64,000 nt of DNA from Pecten maximus (taxonomy: Eukaryota), in assembly GCF_902652985.1 (NCBI RefSeq), contig NC_047019.1:20584001-20648000 (forward strand). Direction: 5' to 3'. The position numbers were made by a program, and so were the translations under genes. Each line of letters starts with the position of its first letter. The first letter of the stretch is position 1. The notes below the pieces were generated by a model. That model saw only the letters and a list, made by a program, of their open reading frames with translations. It ran no database searches and was not told where the DNA came from. Positions 11,866-24,630 of the stretch are shown here, in pieces.

Positions 11866-13579
11866 TTTCAATAACACCTTGACTAGAACATGACCATCAA
11901 ACGACTGCTAAGGTACAAGCTGTGAATGTACATACATTTATGATTCATGCCCCATTGCTAATTTACAATATGTAAATTAGGCTGAGATTAGAACATTCCT
12001 GGTCGTTCTGACGACAATACAATCTAAAGTTGTTCAATTAATTATATACACACATTAGGCGAGTTAACTTAGGGAAGACTTGATGTGGGAGAAATTTCAC
12101 CCCGATTAATACATGATCCCTGATACCACACAAGGTCACACCACAACTATCTGGCCTAACCTCCACTCTGACCCCTCTCCATACACACAGTAATTAGTCC
12201 CTATCTTAACAGTATGGGTGTACCCTAATAAGCCTTAAATTAAGCCTACATTTGGAACCCAATTGACTTCAATAGAACATGAGCTGCACAATGTAATTAA
12301 CACTATATATGGCCAAAAAATTGAAATTGAGAATACAAGCCTCTAAAGACTTTTCTATAACCCTCCCTTGTATTCACCTGTCAAGATTACATTAAATGAA
12401 TTCAATAAGAGATCTTTAACATATTTTTTATCAATGTTGTTGCCGCAGGTGCATTCAAGTTATAGATATTTGTAGGACTGCTGAAATTAATCATTAACCA
12501 AATCATACCAGTTTATTAAAGATCTCCTTCTGAGCTGTCAACGCTGTGATGAATTAGTCAATGTTACGCTTTCTCCCGACAAGGGCACCTTTCTAAACGA
12601 TTACACTTCGATATGTTTCCTGTTCTGTATATCAACGACTTAATCAAGTATAAGCACAGTATCTATTTAAATAACACAAAAATATAGTACCATAGATATT
12701 CTAGTAAGACATATACATGAAATTACTGCATTTATCCTTATTACAGAATTATAAGAAATAAGAACCTAAACAAAGTATTTTTTGTTGTAAACATTACCTA
12801 AAATTTCAATTTTTTTCAATGGTTTACACCCTGTGAATAGTCAGACTCATTCTAAATCAGGGATTCCCTGTAGTAGCTGGTGTCTACATCACTAAGCAAC
12901 ATAAGGGAGATTAATCTAATAAACCTTTTAACACATACCTTTATACCATTGTGTTTGTTAGCCTTTGTCACCAGATTTATTGTAATAAAACATTTAAGAA
13001 TCACAAATTCAGAATTACTTTCTAGAATCTTAAACAAAAGTAAAAAAAATATTAGCAATTTTAAGTGGATTCTCATTCTGACAAACAGACCTAGTTAATC
13101 ATCCTGCAGGATACAGAATTTTGACATGTAGAGTACAAATTATGAATCGTTATTTTGAAGTTGGAGCACGTAATGCTTTTGAATTAATTATACAGCCAAC
13201 CTCCCCTAGTGAAAGATAACTACATTCAAATTTTGTTAAATTAGTTTATTGATTAGAAGTGACTCTACTTAAATGAGTTTGGTTTAGATACCTGACTAGG
13301 CTATACATTATAAATATCATTTGTAGATCCATTGGCAAGTCAAATATGGTAGATGGAATTATGACAAATCGATCCAAAATATTCACCATCATGCATTTAT
13401 TTTTTAAAAATATAAGAAATACATGCAATACTATCAAATTTTATGCATAGTGTATGCATTTAAAATCAAGATTATGTATTAATGCAGATAGTGAATTATA
13501 TATGCTTGAATAATATTTGACAAAAAATACATGTTTATTGTTATGTGACTTATAAAATGTATTTGCCAAAATATAGGAG

Positions 13580-14210
13580 CAGTGAGTTATGACCTTGACC
13601 TATAATTAGAAATCTGACTTTGACTTGAAAATTGATCTAATTTATAGTTTGAGAAGGGTAAGTCTTTCTGTAGTGTAAGTTTTTCTGTTCCTGTTTTGTA
13701 CCAAGATTAAATGATGATAAAAGGGAATATATTAAGGAACATGGTTTTATATTATAACAAGTAAAACAATTGACTTTCAAACTCGTCGGCGACAGCCGTA
13801 GCAAAATGCAAAATATTGAAGCAAGAAGATATTTCCAAAACAGAGATTATGAACGATGCATATAATCAATTTTGTAGAAAGCAGAGAGTGTCACCAGATT
13901 ACTTTGTAATCAATTCAGAATTTAGACAAATGAAATGATTTTTAAATAAACTTGGATTTTCAAAAAATGTTACCTTGACCTTGACTGAACAAGCCAGAAA
14001 TTTAAAACTTATCCCAGATATTATGGTCCTGTGTAATTGTGTGAATTTTGACCAAAATCCCTCAAGGAATGAAGCTGCTGGATTGCTGACAAAAAATAGT
14101 AATGATGACCTTGACCCAACAACCTTGAAAGTCAACCTTGTCCAAGATATTACGGTCCTCTTTAATTGTATGAAGTTTGATTAAAATCCACCAAGGAATG
14201 GAGCCACTAG
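13580..14210. mobile_element. Degenerate interspersed element with gaccttga(cc) motifs and an internal duplicated segment
   Basis: Repeated tgaccttgacc motifs and two copies of cc(a)agatatta(t/c)ggtcct...taattgt...aaaatcc...aaggaatg (about 14010-14075 and 14140-14205). Confidence 0.45.
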
Positions 14211-14426
14211 GTGTTACAGTTTCACCAGTAGGGAACTAACCGATGAAGTTTAAAATGTTCAAATATTAAGAGAAGAAAAGAAAGAATGTCCAAAACATGT
14301 CTGTAGAATGTCTGTATAATATGTTATTTGCCTCGACAGTAAAACTAGAACCTTTGAAATATAAATATAAATATTTTGATAGCTGTTGAAATAAAACATT
14401 GCGTAAAGTAAAGCACATATATTCAC

Positions 14427-14596
14427 CTTATTTCCATGGACTTTGTCATAAGGTTGATCCATCGCTGGTTCATCTCCTCCAGACGTCGATGGAGTTTTTG
14501 TGCGTCGGTCGCCACCATGTTGCGAGCCAGTTGATTCCCAGCAGTGTTTAGAGAGTCGTATGTACTCTTATTAGCATCAACTTCTGCCTGAAGGTC
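14427..14596 (-). CDS. DMD: Dystrophin coding exon equivalent to human DMD exon 56 (spectrin repeat), 170 nt, phase 0 to 2
   Basis: Translates to DLQAEVDANKSTYDSLNTAGNQLARNMVATDAQKLHRRLEEMNQRWINLMTKSMEI(R), which resembles human DLQGEIEAH...LQRRLDNMNFKWSELRKKSLNIR. Acceptor tttctgtcattacag, donor AG|gtgaat. Confidence 0.95.
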
Positions 14597-15375
14597 CTGT
14601 AATGACAGAAAGATGTGGGGTCATCATTTTTAGTTCAGTGTGATGCGGTTTTATTTTTTATCTAAAATGTTTTGTTTTTTTTTCGTTTTTCAACTCTCTT
14701 AACCTGCACACACCCTAACTTTTATAGTGCACATATCAAAGAAAAAATGGAGAAAAAAATTAAACAGCTACCAAAGAAGTATTCTGATTACTATATTCAC
14801 ATGTTTTACCTCAACATGACAGAATTACAGCTTGACATATACTACAGTACATACGAAGTGAAACCAGGGGCGATAACTCCCAGTAACAAAGCACAAGAGA
14901 TGCCACTGGGCAAGTTTTAATTCAATTTACTCCTTCAAGTAAATTATACAGAAGCTCTGGTCAAATAGAGTGTGAAGTAATGCATCACAGTTAATGGTCG
15001 ATAGATTGGGAAATAAAATCCTGACCAGTCCACACCTCAAATTGTCAACGCAGCCATAAACCGTCTTACTTTGATGACAGCGTGTGACACTGCCGTCAGC
15101 TACTTCCCATGATGGATCCCTCAGTGGCCACTGTTGGAGCTGGGATACACAGCCTCCGGACCACATGGACAGATAATGGATGGCACCGATGGCTGGTGAT
15201 TGCTTTTTCCTAATAAATGGTCACTACACATACAGTGCATAATGGATCGTTCATGGAGACAAAAATTACTGCCACAGAAATTAAACATGGACCCCTGGAT
15301 TTTGAGTGCTGGAAATACAGATGAATCTTTACAACCTTCTAGTAATGACGCAAACACCAGAAAGTATATGTTATG

Positions 15376-15953
15376 CTGGAATGATTGGTCAATTATTGAA
15401 CAACAATCACAGCCCTGGAATGATTGGTCAATTATTGAACAACAATCACAGCCCTGGAATGACTGGTCAATCGTTGAACAACAATCACAGCCCTGGAATG
15501 ATTGGTCAATTATTGAACAACAATCACAGCCCTGGAATGATTGGTCAATCATTGAACAACAATCACAGCCCTGGAATGATTGGTCAATTATTGAACAACA
15601 ATCACAGCCCTGGAATGACTGGTCAATCATTGAACAACAATCACAGCCCTGGAATGATTGGTCAATTATTGAACAACAATCACAGCCCTGGAATGACTGG
15701 TCAATCATTGAACAACAATCACAGCCCTGGAATGATTGGTCAATCATTGAACAACAATCACAGCCCTGGAATGATTGGTCAATCATTGAACAACAATCAC
15801 AGCCCTGGAATGATTGGTCAATCATAGGTGCTTAGCATGTTTATAAGTCCAAGACCAATTATAGACTAATATATATATTAGTCTATAATCAGTCTTGGAC
15901 TTATAAACGTGTTAAGCACCTATGGGTCAATCATTGAACAACCATCACAGCCC
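15376..15953. repeat. 39-bp minisatellite (ctggaatgattggtcaatcattgaacaacaatcacagcc), about 12 copies, with the last unit interrupted by a palindromic insertion
   Basis: Tandem units are visible and explain the PWNDWSIIEQQSQ ORFs. Confidence 0.95.
15823..15924. mobile_element. 102-bp fold-back (palindromic) MITE, CATAGG...CCTATG, flanked by a ggtcaat target-site duplication
   Basis: The arms match at 47 of 51 positions. Removing the element and one ggtcaat copy restores an intact minisatellite unit. Confidence 0.8.
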
Positions 15954-16370
15954 TTAGTTGGCTACAGATTTCAAAATGTTATCAACATTCACAAAAAATG
16001 TTGCCAAGAAAGATGGAATTCTTATCACAAGGAATCCTTATCAGTCTCTGCAGACTTTCCAAAAATACTGTGGAGTCAATCTATCAGCATTAACTATCCC
16101 TGAAGCAAGGTTGAAACAGTTCAAACCAATAACCTACATCTTCAGGCCTCATTAAATCATTAAATTAAAGCTATACATTTCAGTCGGTAATAGATACAAA
16201 TTTAGGATCTTAAACTATTTTAATCCATCAATTAACAATAATAATAATATAAATTTATTCAAATTTAAGAAATTACTTAATATATTTTGTTTTACTTTAA
16301 GTTAAAGTGTCATTATATATGTATACCAATAAGCTTTTAGATAAGACTGAATTGTTACTGCTCTATGCTC

Positions 16371-16575
16371 CCTTAGATTGACAAGAAAACCCTGTCTGTT
16401 CCTACCCTCCCTTAGATTGACAAGACAACCCTGTCTGTTCCTCCCTTCCCATAGATTGACAAGACAACCCTGTCTGTTCCTCCCCTCCCATAGATTGACA
16501 AGACAACCCTGTCTGTTCCTCCCCTCCCATAGATTGACAAGACAACCCTGTCTGTTCATACCTTCCTCTAGATTG
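16371..16575. repeat. 39-bp minisatellite (tagattgacaagacaaccctgtctgttcctcccctccca), about 5 copies
   Basis: Direct tandem units. Confidence 0.93.
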
Positions 16576-19142
16576 TATTGTCAAATTCAATGAAAGGGTC
16601 TTGATTGCAGAAAGTTATCTTCATGCAATACTCCATACAGGAACCGACAAGGTGAATAATACGGTATATACTAAAATTTCCATTCACATAGGGGTATAAA
16701 TATAAATTAGTCCTATTTACATTGTATGATGGGATGTCTAAAGAAACAATACCAACCAATTACAAGCTATATCCAGGAAGCTTTTGGACATTGATACAAT
16801 CAACCAGGGCCAATGATGGCCAAGGATATCGGCTGAGAATTCTTAACATAAATCCAACTGGCATCCCCTTCTAGAGTATTATGGACCATTCCATTCATTA
16901 CTGTGGGAAAGTTTAGTATGGCTTATAGAGGGAGAAAGATACAGACAAGTGTTAGGGACACTTGAATGTTGAAGAGATCATATCATTGGAGGAAGATGGA
17001 GATTTCTTGATCTTATTACCACTAATTCACAGACATAATTACATCAAAGTTTCAAAGCTAAGAAACTTTTTTTTTGTCATAGCAAATAAAGTTGTTTCTA
17101 TTTCTGGTTGCTGATGTTTTTATTCAGAGATGAAGCATGAATAAGCCCTCGTCCATGACTGCCTGCCCATTCTCCAAGTCCCTATAATACCATGACAAAG
17201 GCCACTGAAGCAGAGACAGAATCCTTCATCTGTTACAAGTGATATTGTAGCATTGAGGTTCTAATCTGATCCCATAGCATAACAGCAAACAAGAACGACA
17301 AATGACCTGAGACATCCTAGCTAAGGAACACAGTGACACGTTCCATTGTAGTAACATCCGATCCCTCGCCTATTACCACGGATAGGGACAAATATCAATA
17401 CTGTTGCGTGCACTGCAGGTTAAAACAATTTAACATGATCATATCTGTTTTATCTCATCAAACGCTATACTGTTAAGCAAGGAGCCAGCTAGATCAGCTA
17501 GCGCCACTGGTGATGTCAAGTATCACAAGGGCGCACGTACAAGTTGTTCTCGACTTTTTAGAAAGAAGACGTCAATTCCACTTTAGATATTTTGTGTCAT
17601 GTTCTCAAGTGATCCTTGACTTTTGAAAGTAGAATCTTTTGTCAAATTTATTATGGATTTAATCATTTGTAACAGGTTATCTTCCCCCTCCCCATTCCCC
17701 TCTTATTTTGAATGATTATTTTCTCATGATTCGGAATATAATCTTAACAGAAATTTTTTTCAAATGAAAAAGTGACAAATCATTCAGTAGAACAACAAGC
17801 TGTCAGTGAATTAATAAATGATTTGAAATTACACACTAAATGTCTTTATTTCCTGTTTAATCTGTAATGATGAGTATTCCAGGAATTTTAGATTTTTTGT
17901 TGATTAAAGATACTTAATTATATTCTGCTCCTTTAAAATTTTCCTTTTCCTTTTAAAACCAGTCAAATGATAATCAAGGACAAATTATCATCTGATATGA
18001 TACAAGTTTCCTATCTCCTAGATTCAAAAGAATTGAAGTGACTTCCCAGATAACTTCCTGCCTTGAAGACCATACACGTCCATTACCAGGGAGTAGGTAA
18101 CAAGCCCTCAAAGCAATCGTATTCAGAATCTGTAGGTGTTAAGGTGTCATTGACTGTGTAATGATTTTATCTTAGATTTGAATTAGAAAGGCAATGTTAA
18201 TTGAACTCTTCTGTCATCACCTCATATTGAAAAGTTTGATAAACTCTGATAATAGAATTCATAGGCTGACACAAGATACGAGGGTGAATGTACTTCTACC
18301 TGTAAACATAATATCATCTAAAAAGTGACCTGTTTTCTGTTTTCAGACAGCAACCAAATCGTAAGTGATAGCTCACACTGTGGCTAAAGGAAATTAGAAT
18401 TAAACATCAAACTGACTTCTTCTGACTTCATGGGCATAATTTCATCTTGATGGACATCTGCTATGACAGGAATAATCAAACCTCAATCGGTCAATGACTT
18501 GGGGGTTTCTGTAACTTAAATAGGAATAAAGGACCAAAGCTGACCTTGAAGGCCTACGAAGACACTGAACAGTATTTGTTATGACAGAGAATGATCATGT
18601 CATGTTAAAAGTTGTTCCCCCTGATTATGGAAATCATTTCTCTTTTGAATGATATCTGTTATTAGCCCACAGACTGGTTAAAATACTCTCAGTTAACACA
18701 TTCATCATGGATGAGGGATGAAGATGAAATAAATCTGACCTCTGTTTTTGTTATTTATTTCAGCTTCAAAACAGCATGGGTCAGGACAGATTGGCAACAG
18801 TCTGATTGATATTCATGATGATGTCACTCTAACCATTTACTGTAATTCTGAGACCCACAATGATGGGGACCACCAGCATGGCACTGGATTGGCTGTGAAT
18901 GGCACCAATGACCACCAAAACCTTTATCTAATAATAACCACACTCGTCTAAATGGCAAAAATTCCCAAATTATACTTAGAATTACATTGACTAAGTTAGA
19001 TACCTGGATACCAAACATTCCGTAATAAATCCAAGATGGCCAACATATCAACTTTAACTGAAAATTCTGGATAGGTTTGTCATGGGACAACGCAATATTT
19101 GTAACCATTTTAACTCAGTCGCAATCTTTCTGTGTCACAGGC

Positions 19143-19430
19143 TTCTTATCAGACATGGGCTTATTGTCATAAATGGGCTTATTATCAGACATGGCCTTAT
19201 TGCCATAAATGGGCTTATTATCAGACATGGGCTTATTGTCATACATGGGCTTTTTATAAGACATGATAGTGTTGTCAGACACTGGCGTATTGCCTGACAA
19301 AGACTTAATGTCAGACATGGGCTTATTGCTCAACGAAGACTTAATGTCAGACATGGGCTTATTGCTCAACGAAGACTTAATGTCAGACATGGGCTTATTG
19401 CTCGACATGGACTTAATGTCAGATGGGCTT
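19143..19430. repeat. Compound minisatellite sharing the core tcagacatgggcttattg, with 36-bp and 39-bp unit variants
   Basis: Two adjacent arrays share the same core. Confidence 0.85.
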
Positions 19431-19808
19431 GTAGGACATTTACCATATATCGTATAAACATTGGTTGATTATGCCTAATTTTCTAAATCTTTCACCAATG
19501 CACTGGGATTATAATGTTTAGCTTTTGAACACTGGATTTAAAGGGAAAACTTTTTGTTTCTAAGTACCACACGTGGTGGGCTGTACAAGCCCAATATCAG
19601 TATTATGATATATCTGTGATGCTCACAGAAACTGGAAGAGACCAACAATAACAAATGATGGCCTATTCAAATTCTCCAGTTCTAGGTGGAAATCAGTTTT
19701 CATCACTTTCATTCCCACATGTTTTTCTCTTTGTCAATGCAAAAATAAATTCAAAGTAAGACAATACAATGAATTTTGTCAGTGTTTATAATGAGAAATA
19801 TTGTTTGT

Positions 19809-20035
19809 TTGGGATTTTGTGTTTGTGTTACTAGAATACAAAACTACTGCTTGATTAAATCTATCATTTTGGAAATCGAGTATCAATAATCCGTCTGCTT
19901 TGACCGGCAAACACTACTTTTTTGTTTTTGTCTGGGATTTCGTGTTTTGTGTTTCAGAATACAAAACTACTGATTGATCAATGTATCATTTAGGAAATCG
20001 GGTATCAATAATCCGTCTGCTTTGACCGCCAAACA
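19809..20035. repeat. Diverged tandem duplication of a segment of about 105-125 bp
   Basis: tgggattt...gaatacaaaactactg...tatcaataatccgtctgctttgaccg occurs twice. Confidence 0.85.
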
Positions 20036-21735
20036 TGACTTAGCTCAACATCAATAAATACAACTCCGACTCTTGTCACTGATTACGATGAGCGTTTTAT
20101 TGTCACCATAATGAAGCTTACATTTTGTGTCACCAAGCTAGGAGCAAACATCAATACGAAAAGCAACCCAGCATCCTAATGGGCCATCACCAGGCGGCTG
20201 TGGATCATCCTACAGATGACAAGTAAACAGTCGGGATCAATGGTCAGGGGGTTTTTATTGAGGAAGTTGATTTGAGAAATGATTGAATGTCTGATGAACT
20301 GTCGAATGAATTATGAGATCCAGCGACCAAACTGTTTCTATGTAACTGAAGTCTGTCAGAGGGTGACAAACAAATGGCTCAGATATTACATCATTCCGCT
20401 GATAACTGATCAAATTTTGGACATCTTTGAAGATAATTGACATGACACACGAACCCCAGACACTGTCACTTTCAATGTGAGAGATTTCTGTGACAAGAGG
20501 ATACCTCATAAATGTCTTTTTAACATGAAATCAATTTTATTTTGATAAGTCTTTTACTTTTTACACAGAGTTGTCTGGCATTTTTTACAAAAAATAATAA
20601 CATTGATAAAAAATTAGATTAACAATGAACATGTGTAATATATTGAGTAAACTTGGTTTTCATCAGATTCTGAAGAGTTACATTCCCTTTTTATCAGACA
20701 CCAATGGAAATAAAAAATGAATATGTACAATGTATTAAGTGAACATGATTTTTCATAAGTCATATTTTGATTAAAAAGAGTTGTCTACCCTTCTTTATGA
20801 AGGAATCTGATATCCGATGTATCACATAGATTACTGTTGATATGGTAGACATTGCATGCACCATAGCTTAATACCAACTTACATGCAACATAAAGTATGT
20901 CTTCAAACATCAAACAATCGTTAATGAGGCCAAACAAAGCTGATGGATTTGACATCAAACATTACCAAGTACTGAATACCAGTTCAACATGACCTGAAGA
21001 TTTGTATTGCAAGAGTTTATCTTTGTAATAAAACTTTAATACCACAAAGAGTTATCTCCCCTGTATTTCTATACTCTCCCTTTTTGAAGACTGATAAATC
21101 TTGCAAATCTCCACTTCGTTTATCTGAGGTAGTCATAAAGAGCCTGAACCTCAACATGTACCTCCAGGATAAAGATAAGGCAGGTGACTGGAAGAATTTT
21201 TAAAACCATTAAACATAGAGTAAAGGCCAATGTAATATAGGATTTCTGGCTGGTCTTCCATTTCAAACTGGCACTTATCTAAACTGATGATGGTTCATTT
21301 GTCTCAACATGTTGAATTCAACTTTTTGTAGAATTTCATGGTACCAAGGGTTACTATCTCTAGCATACTGTATCTATCAACGTGAAGAAAATTTGATTTA
21401 GAAACGGAAACTTTATCATTTTTGTACTCGATCCTACAGCTATTGATACTGACTTAAGAACTTTTGCTAAATTTAGAAAGCAGATATAAGTAATTTAATC
21501 AATTACTACAATTTTCTGCCAGGTTTCATAATGGAGAGCTTTTCACAACCAAAGGATGCAATCCAACCACTTGCTGTGATTCAAAGACCACTGCATAGGA
21601 TATGTTACAGGGAAAGCCGCTATCACTCAGCAGGATGTTGCACAATGTAACTTTTCAGAATGGTTGTCATATTCTTTAAAAAGTGAAATTATTTTTTAAA
21701 TATTTGATAATTTTATCATTTAGAATCATTATTAA

Positions 21736-21818
21736 CCCTTTCACCCCTACTGACCATATTGGACATCCAATGATGAATGAATGGCAGAGTCCACTAAAGC
21801 TTCTTAGGGTTGAAAGGG
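21736..21818. mobile_element. 83-bp piggyBac-type MITE with TTAA target-site duplication
   Basis: TTAA|CCCTTTCACCCCT ... AGGGTTGAAAGGG|TTAA. The 13-bp inverted termini have one mismatch, with CCC...GGG ends and TTAA on both flanks. Confidence 0.8.
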
Positions 21819-24096
21819 TTAATAGTAAAATCAGCTGTGTATTACTGCTGAATTTTAATGTCAATAACGATTCTGCACTAATTGCCATAATTCTTATAAT
21901 CAATGTCTGTTTTACAATAATTCAGGCATTGTAAGCTATTTAGTTTTGCCAATGATAAGGTATCTGTTCATCAGATTGTGGAATACAGAATCAATTGATT
22001 GACATATATTAATCCTGCAATAAGCCCACAAGGCCAACTCATAACCTCGGACTCAAAGTCAGGGGTGGACTGTTTATTATGTGACTGTGGAATTACATTT
22101 ACTGGTAATTTTATCGAACAGCAATAGATCTAGGTCCCAGCTTATTACCAGGCATGGGCTTGTTGCCAGATAAATATGGTATCTTATGGAAATCAGTACA
22201 GGAAAGTCTAAAGGGAAGAAACGTTGAAGAAGGTGGCAACATATATCGTGATAATCAGAAATAAGGATATATCCACGCAGATTATATATATCTTTCTCTC
22301 ATGCATGCCTCATATCCTACGAACATACAAATCATCACTAAATGTGATGAAAATAATCCTCGATAAAAACGATGAAAAACAGGACTTCATTCATTTGGCA
22401 AGAGCTACCTGCATTCCCTAAATAAATAAACCTGATGTTCTGGCCCAGTGCTCTCTGAGGATAGTATATATAGATTGATATACATTCCCGGTCTGTCCAG
22501 ACATAATGGGTGGACTTGAGCCTTACCCTGACACACAACACCTTTCCCGCACTTCATCCATTTAGGCTCCAGTAAAGAAATTTTTTTTTCTTTTTTGATT
22601 TAATTTGAAAACTTACAGAATATCATATCAAATTTAACTTTTCTTTTCATGTTGGAACTCCTGTATTTTAAAGCTAAGAAAAAAAATGAAGATTTTTTTT
22701 TCTTTTTTTCTTTGATTTGGATTTGAGCCACAAATTAATTGTCCAATGTTGTATGCTGGGACTAAAGACCAGACAAACTTGATATACATAATATACATGT
22801 ATAATATGATTCTCTTTGAGGTCAACAGAATCATTTCTTTATATCCATGTTTTAATAAACTCTATCATCATATAAACTGGCACAATCATTCTTTTTCTCC
22901 TCTGCAACAGTTTATGCCAAACAAAAACATGATAACATGTTTCAGATTTTGAAGTTGGACTAACCCACACAAAGCTAGATAACCGACAATTAATATGGAA
23001 ATAACATAGATAATCAATTGTTACAACAGAAGTATTTTCAATAAAACACGACTAATAACAAATAAAAACAAATCACACAAAAAATAAATACAGGTTGTAA
23101 TGTCCAACATTTGTGACTTCAAGGTTGTTAAGGATGGTTTCAGAATTTCCATAATGGTTCCAAAAATGAAATCCAATCAGCTAAAACCCTGAGAATTTTA
23201 TGAGGATTGTGTATTAGTCAATTACTCTGTAAGTGGGAAGAGGGAAAGCTTCCAAAGAAAAATAAAATGGAGATAAGGAATGATTGGTGAGGTGTTATCA
23301 AAGGGAAAAGGGAAAAAACAAGTATGATTTGATTTCTAGCTGTCAGTAAGGTGAGCATTGTTTTCAATGGCCTTTCACAAATGAGAAACACTTTGTACAA
23401 TTGAATTTCTTTAACAGCGAGTGTTGTCTCTGTGACTGCCTACTGTAGTATAGACATCTGTTTTATCTTGTATGCATTTGTACCAACATTTTCCCCCCAT
23501 TTCAATTGAATTTGTCAGGCCCCATGAGAATTTTTACATGGTAACAAAAATACAAAAAAAATCAACAGAAGATATTGGAACTGCAATCTACAATGAAGAC
23601 ACGAGTTTTGTATATGCAATACATATCTATTTTTTTTTTCAGCAGAAAAAAGAAAGCTACACTAAACAGGAAACCCTGTCGACCCGTATATCTTGTAATG
23701 TATACCATGAGGAACTGAAGCCTCGTATCACCCCAGCATTATTCAGGTATCGTCCTTGTATCACCCCAACATCCTCAGGCCCTGTTCATCAGTATTCTTC
23801 AATTTAAGGAAATCTCTTAATTTAAAATGTTCCACAGCCAAGCATTTAATAGAGTATAATGAAGGTTCCTTAACTAAGATGTTTCCCTTAAATTCTGTAA
23901 TGCTTTCTTATTGAACATTTTTATTAAGGGATTTCTGATTAAACATTTTGGAAGTACAACCCTCACAGCCAGGTCTAAATATAAAATATAAACATTGTGA
24001 CAATGACTTCAGAACTACAGAAAATACAAATACCACAGCTATATCACATCCTTAGTAAGATTTCAGTTTAGGAGTGGACACCTAATCCTATACACA

Positions 24097-24630
24097 TGTC
24101 CATTAACATCCTTGACCTGGACAGTGACACCTACTCCTGTCCATTAACATCCTAGACCTGGACAGTGACATCTACTGTCCATTAACATCCTAGACCTGGA
24201 CAGTGACACCTACTCCTGTCCATTAACATCCTAGACCTGGACAGTGACATCTACTCCTGTCCATTAACATCCTAGACCCGGACAGTGACACCTACTCCTG
24301 TCCATTAACATCCTAGACCTGGACAGTGACATCTACTCCTGTCCATTAACATCCTAGACCTGGTCAAACTGACACCTACTCCTGTCCATTAACATCCTAG
24401 ACCCTGGACACTGACACCTACTCCTGTCCATTAACATCCTAGACCCTGGACAGTGACACCTACTCCTGTCCATTAACATCCTAGACCCGGACAGTGACAC
24501 CTACTTCTGTCCATTAACATCCTAGACCTGGACAGTGACAGTATAGACCTGGACAGTGACATCCTAGACCTGGACAGTGACACCTACTCCTGTCCATTAA
24601 CATCCTAGACCTGGACAGTGACACCTACTT
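24097..24630. repeat. 41-bp minisatellite (tgtccattaacatcctagacctggacagtgacacctactcc), about 13 copies
   Basis: Direct tandem units. Confidence 0.95.

Noticed and set aside
15070-15166. GC-rich ORF MWSGGCVSQ... with donor AAA|gtaaga close to exon 56
   Set aside because: The donor is phase 1 for this ORF and the phase-0 frame contains a stop, so it cannot join exon 56 as coding sequence. A non-coding exon cannot be excluded.
15121-15835. Repetitive ORFs (QSFQGCDCCSMID, PWNDWSIIEQQSQ)
   Set aside because: Translations of a 39-bp minisatellite.
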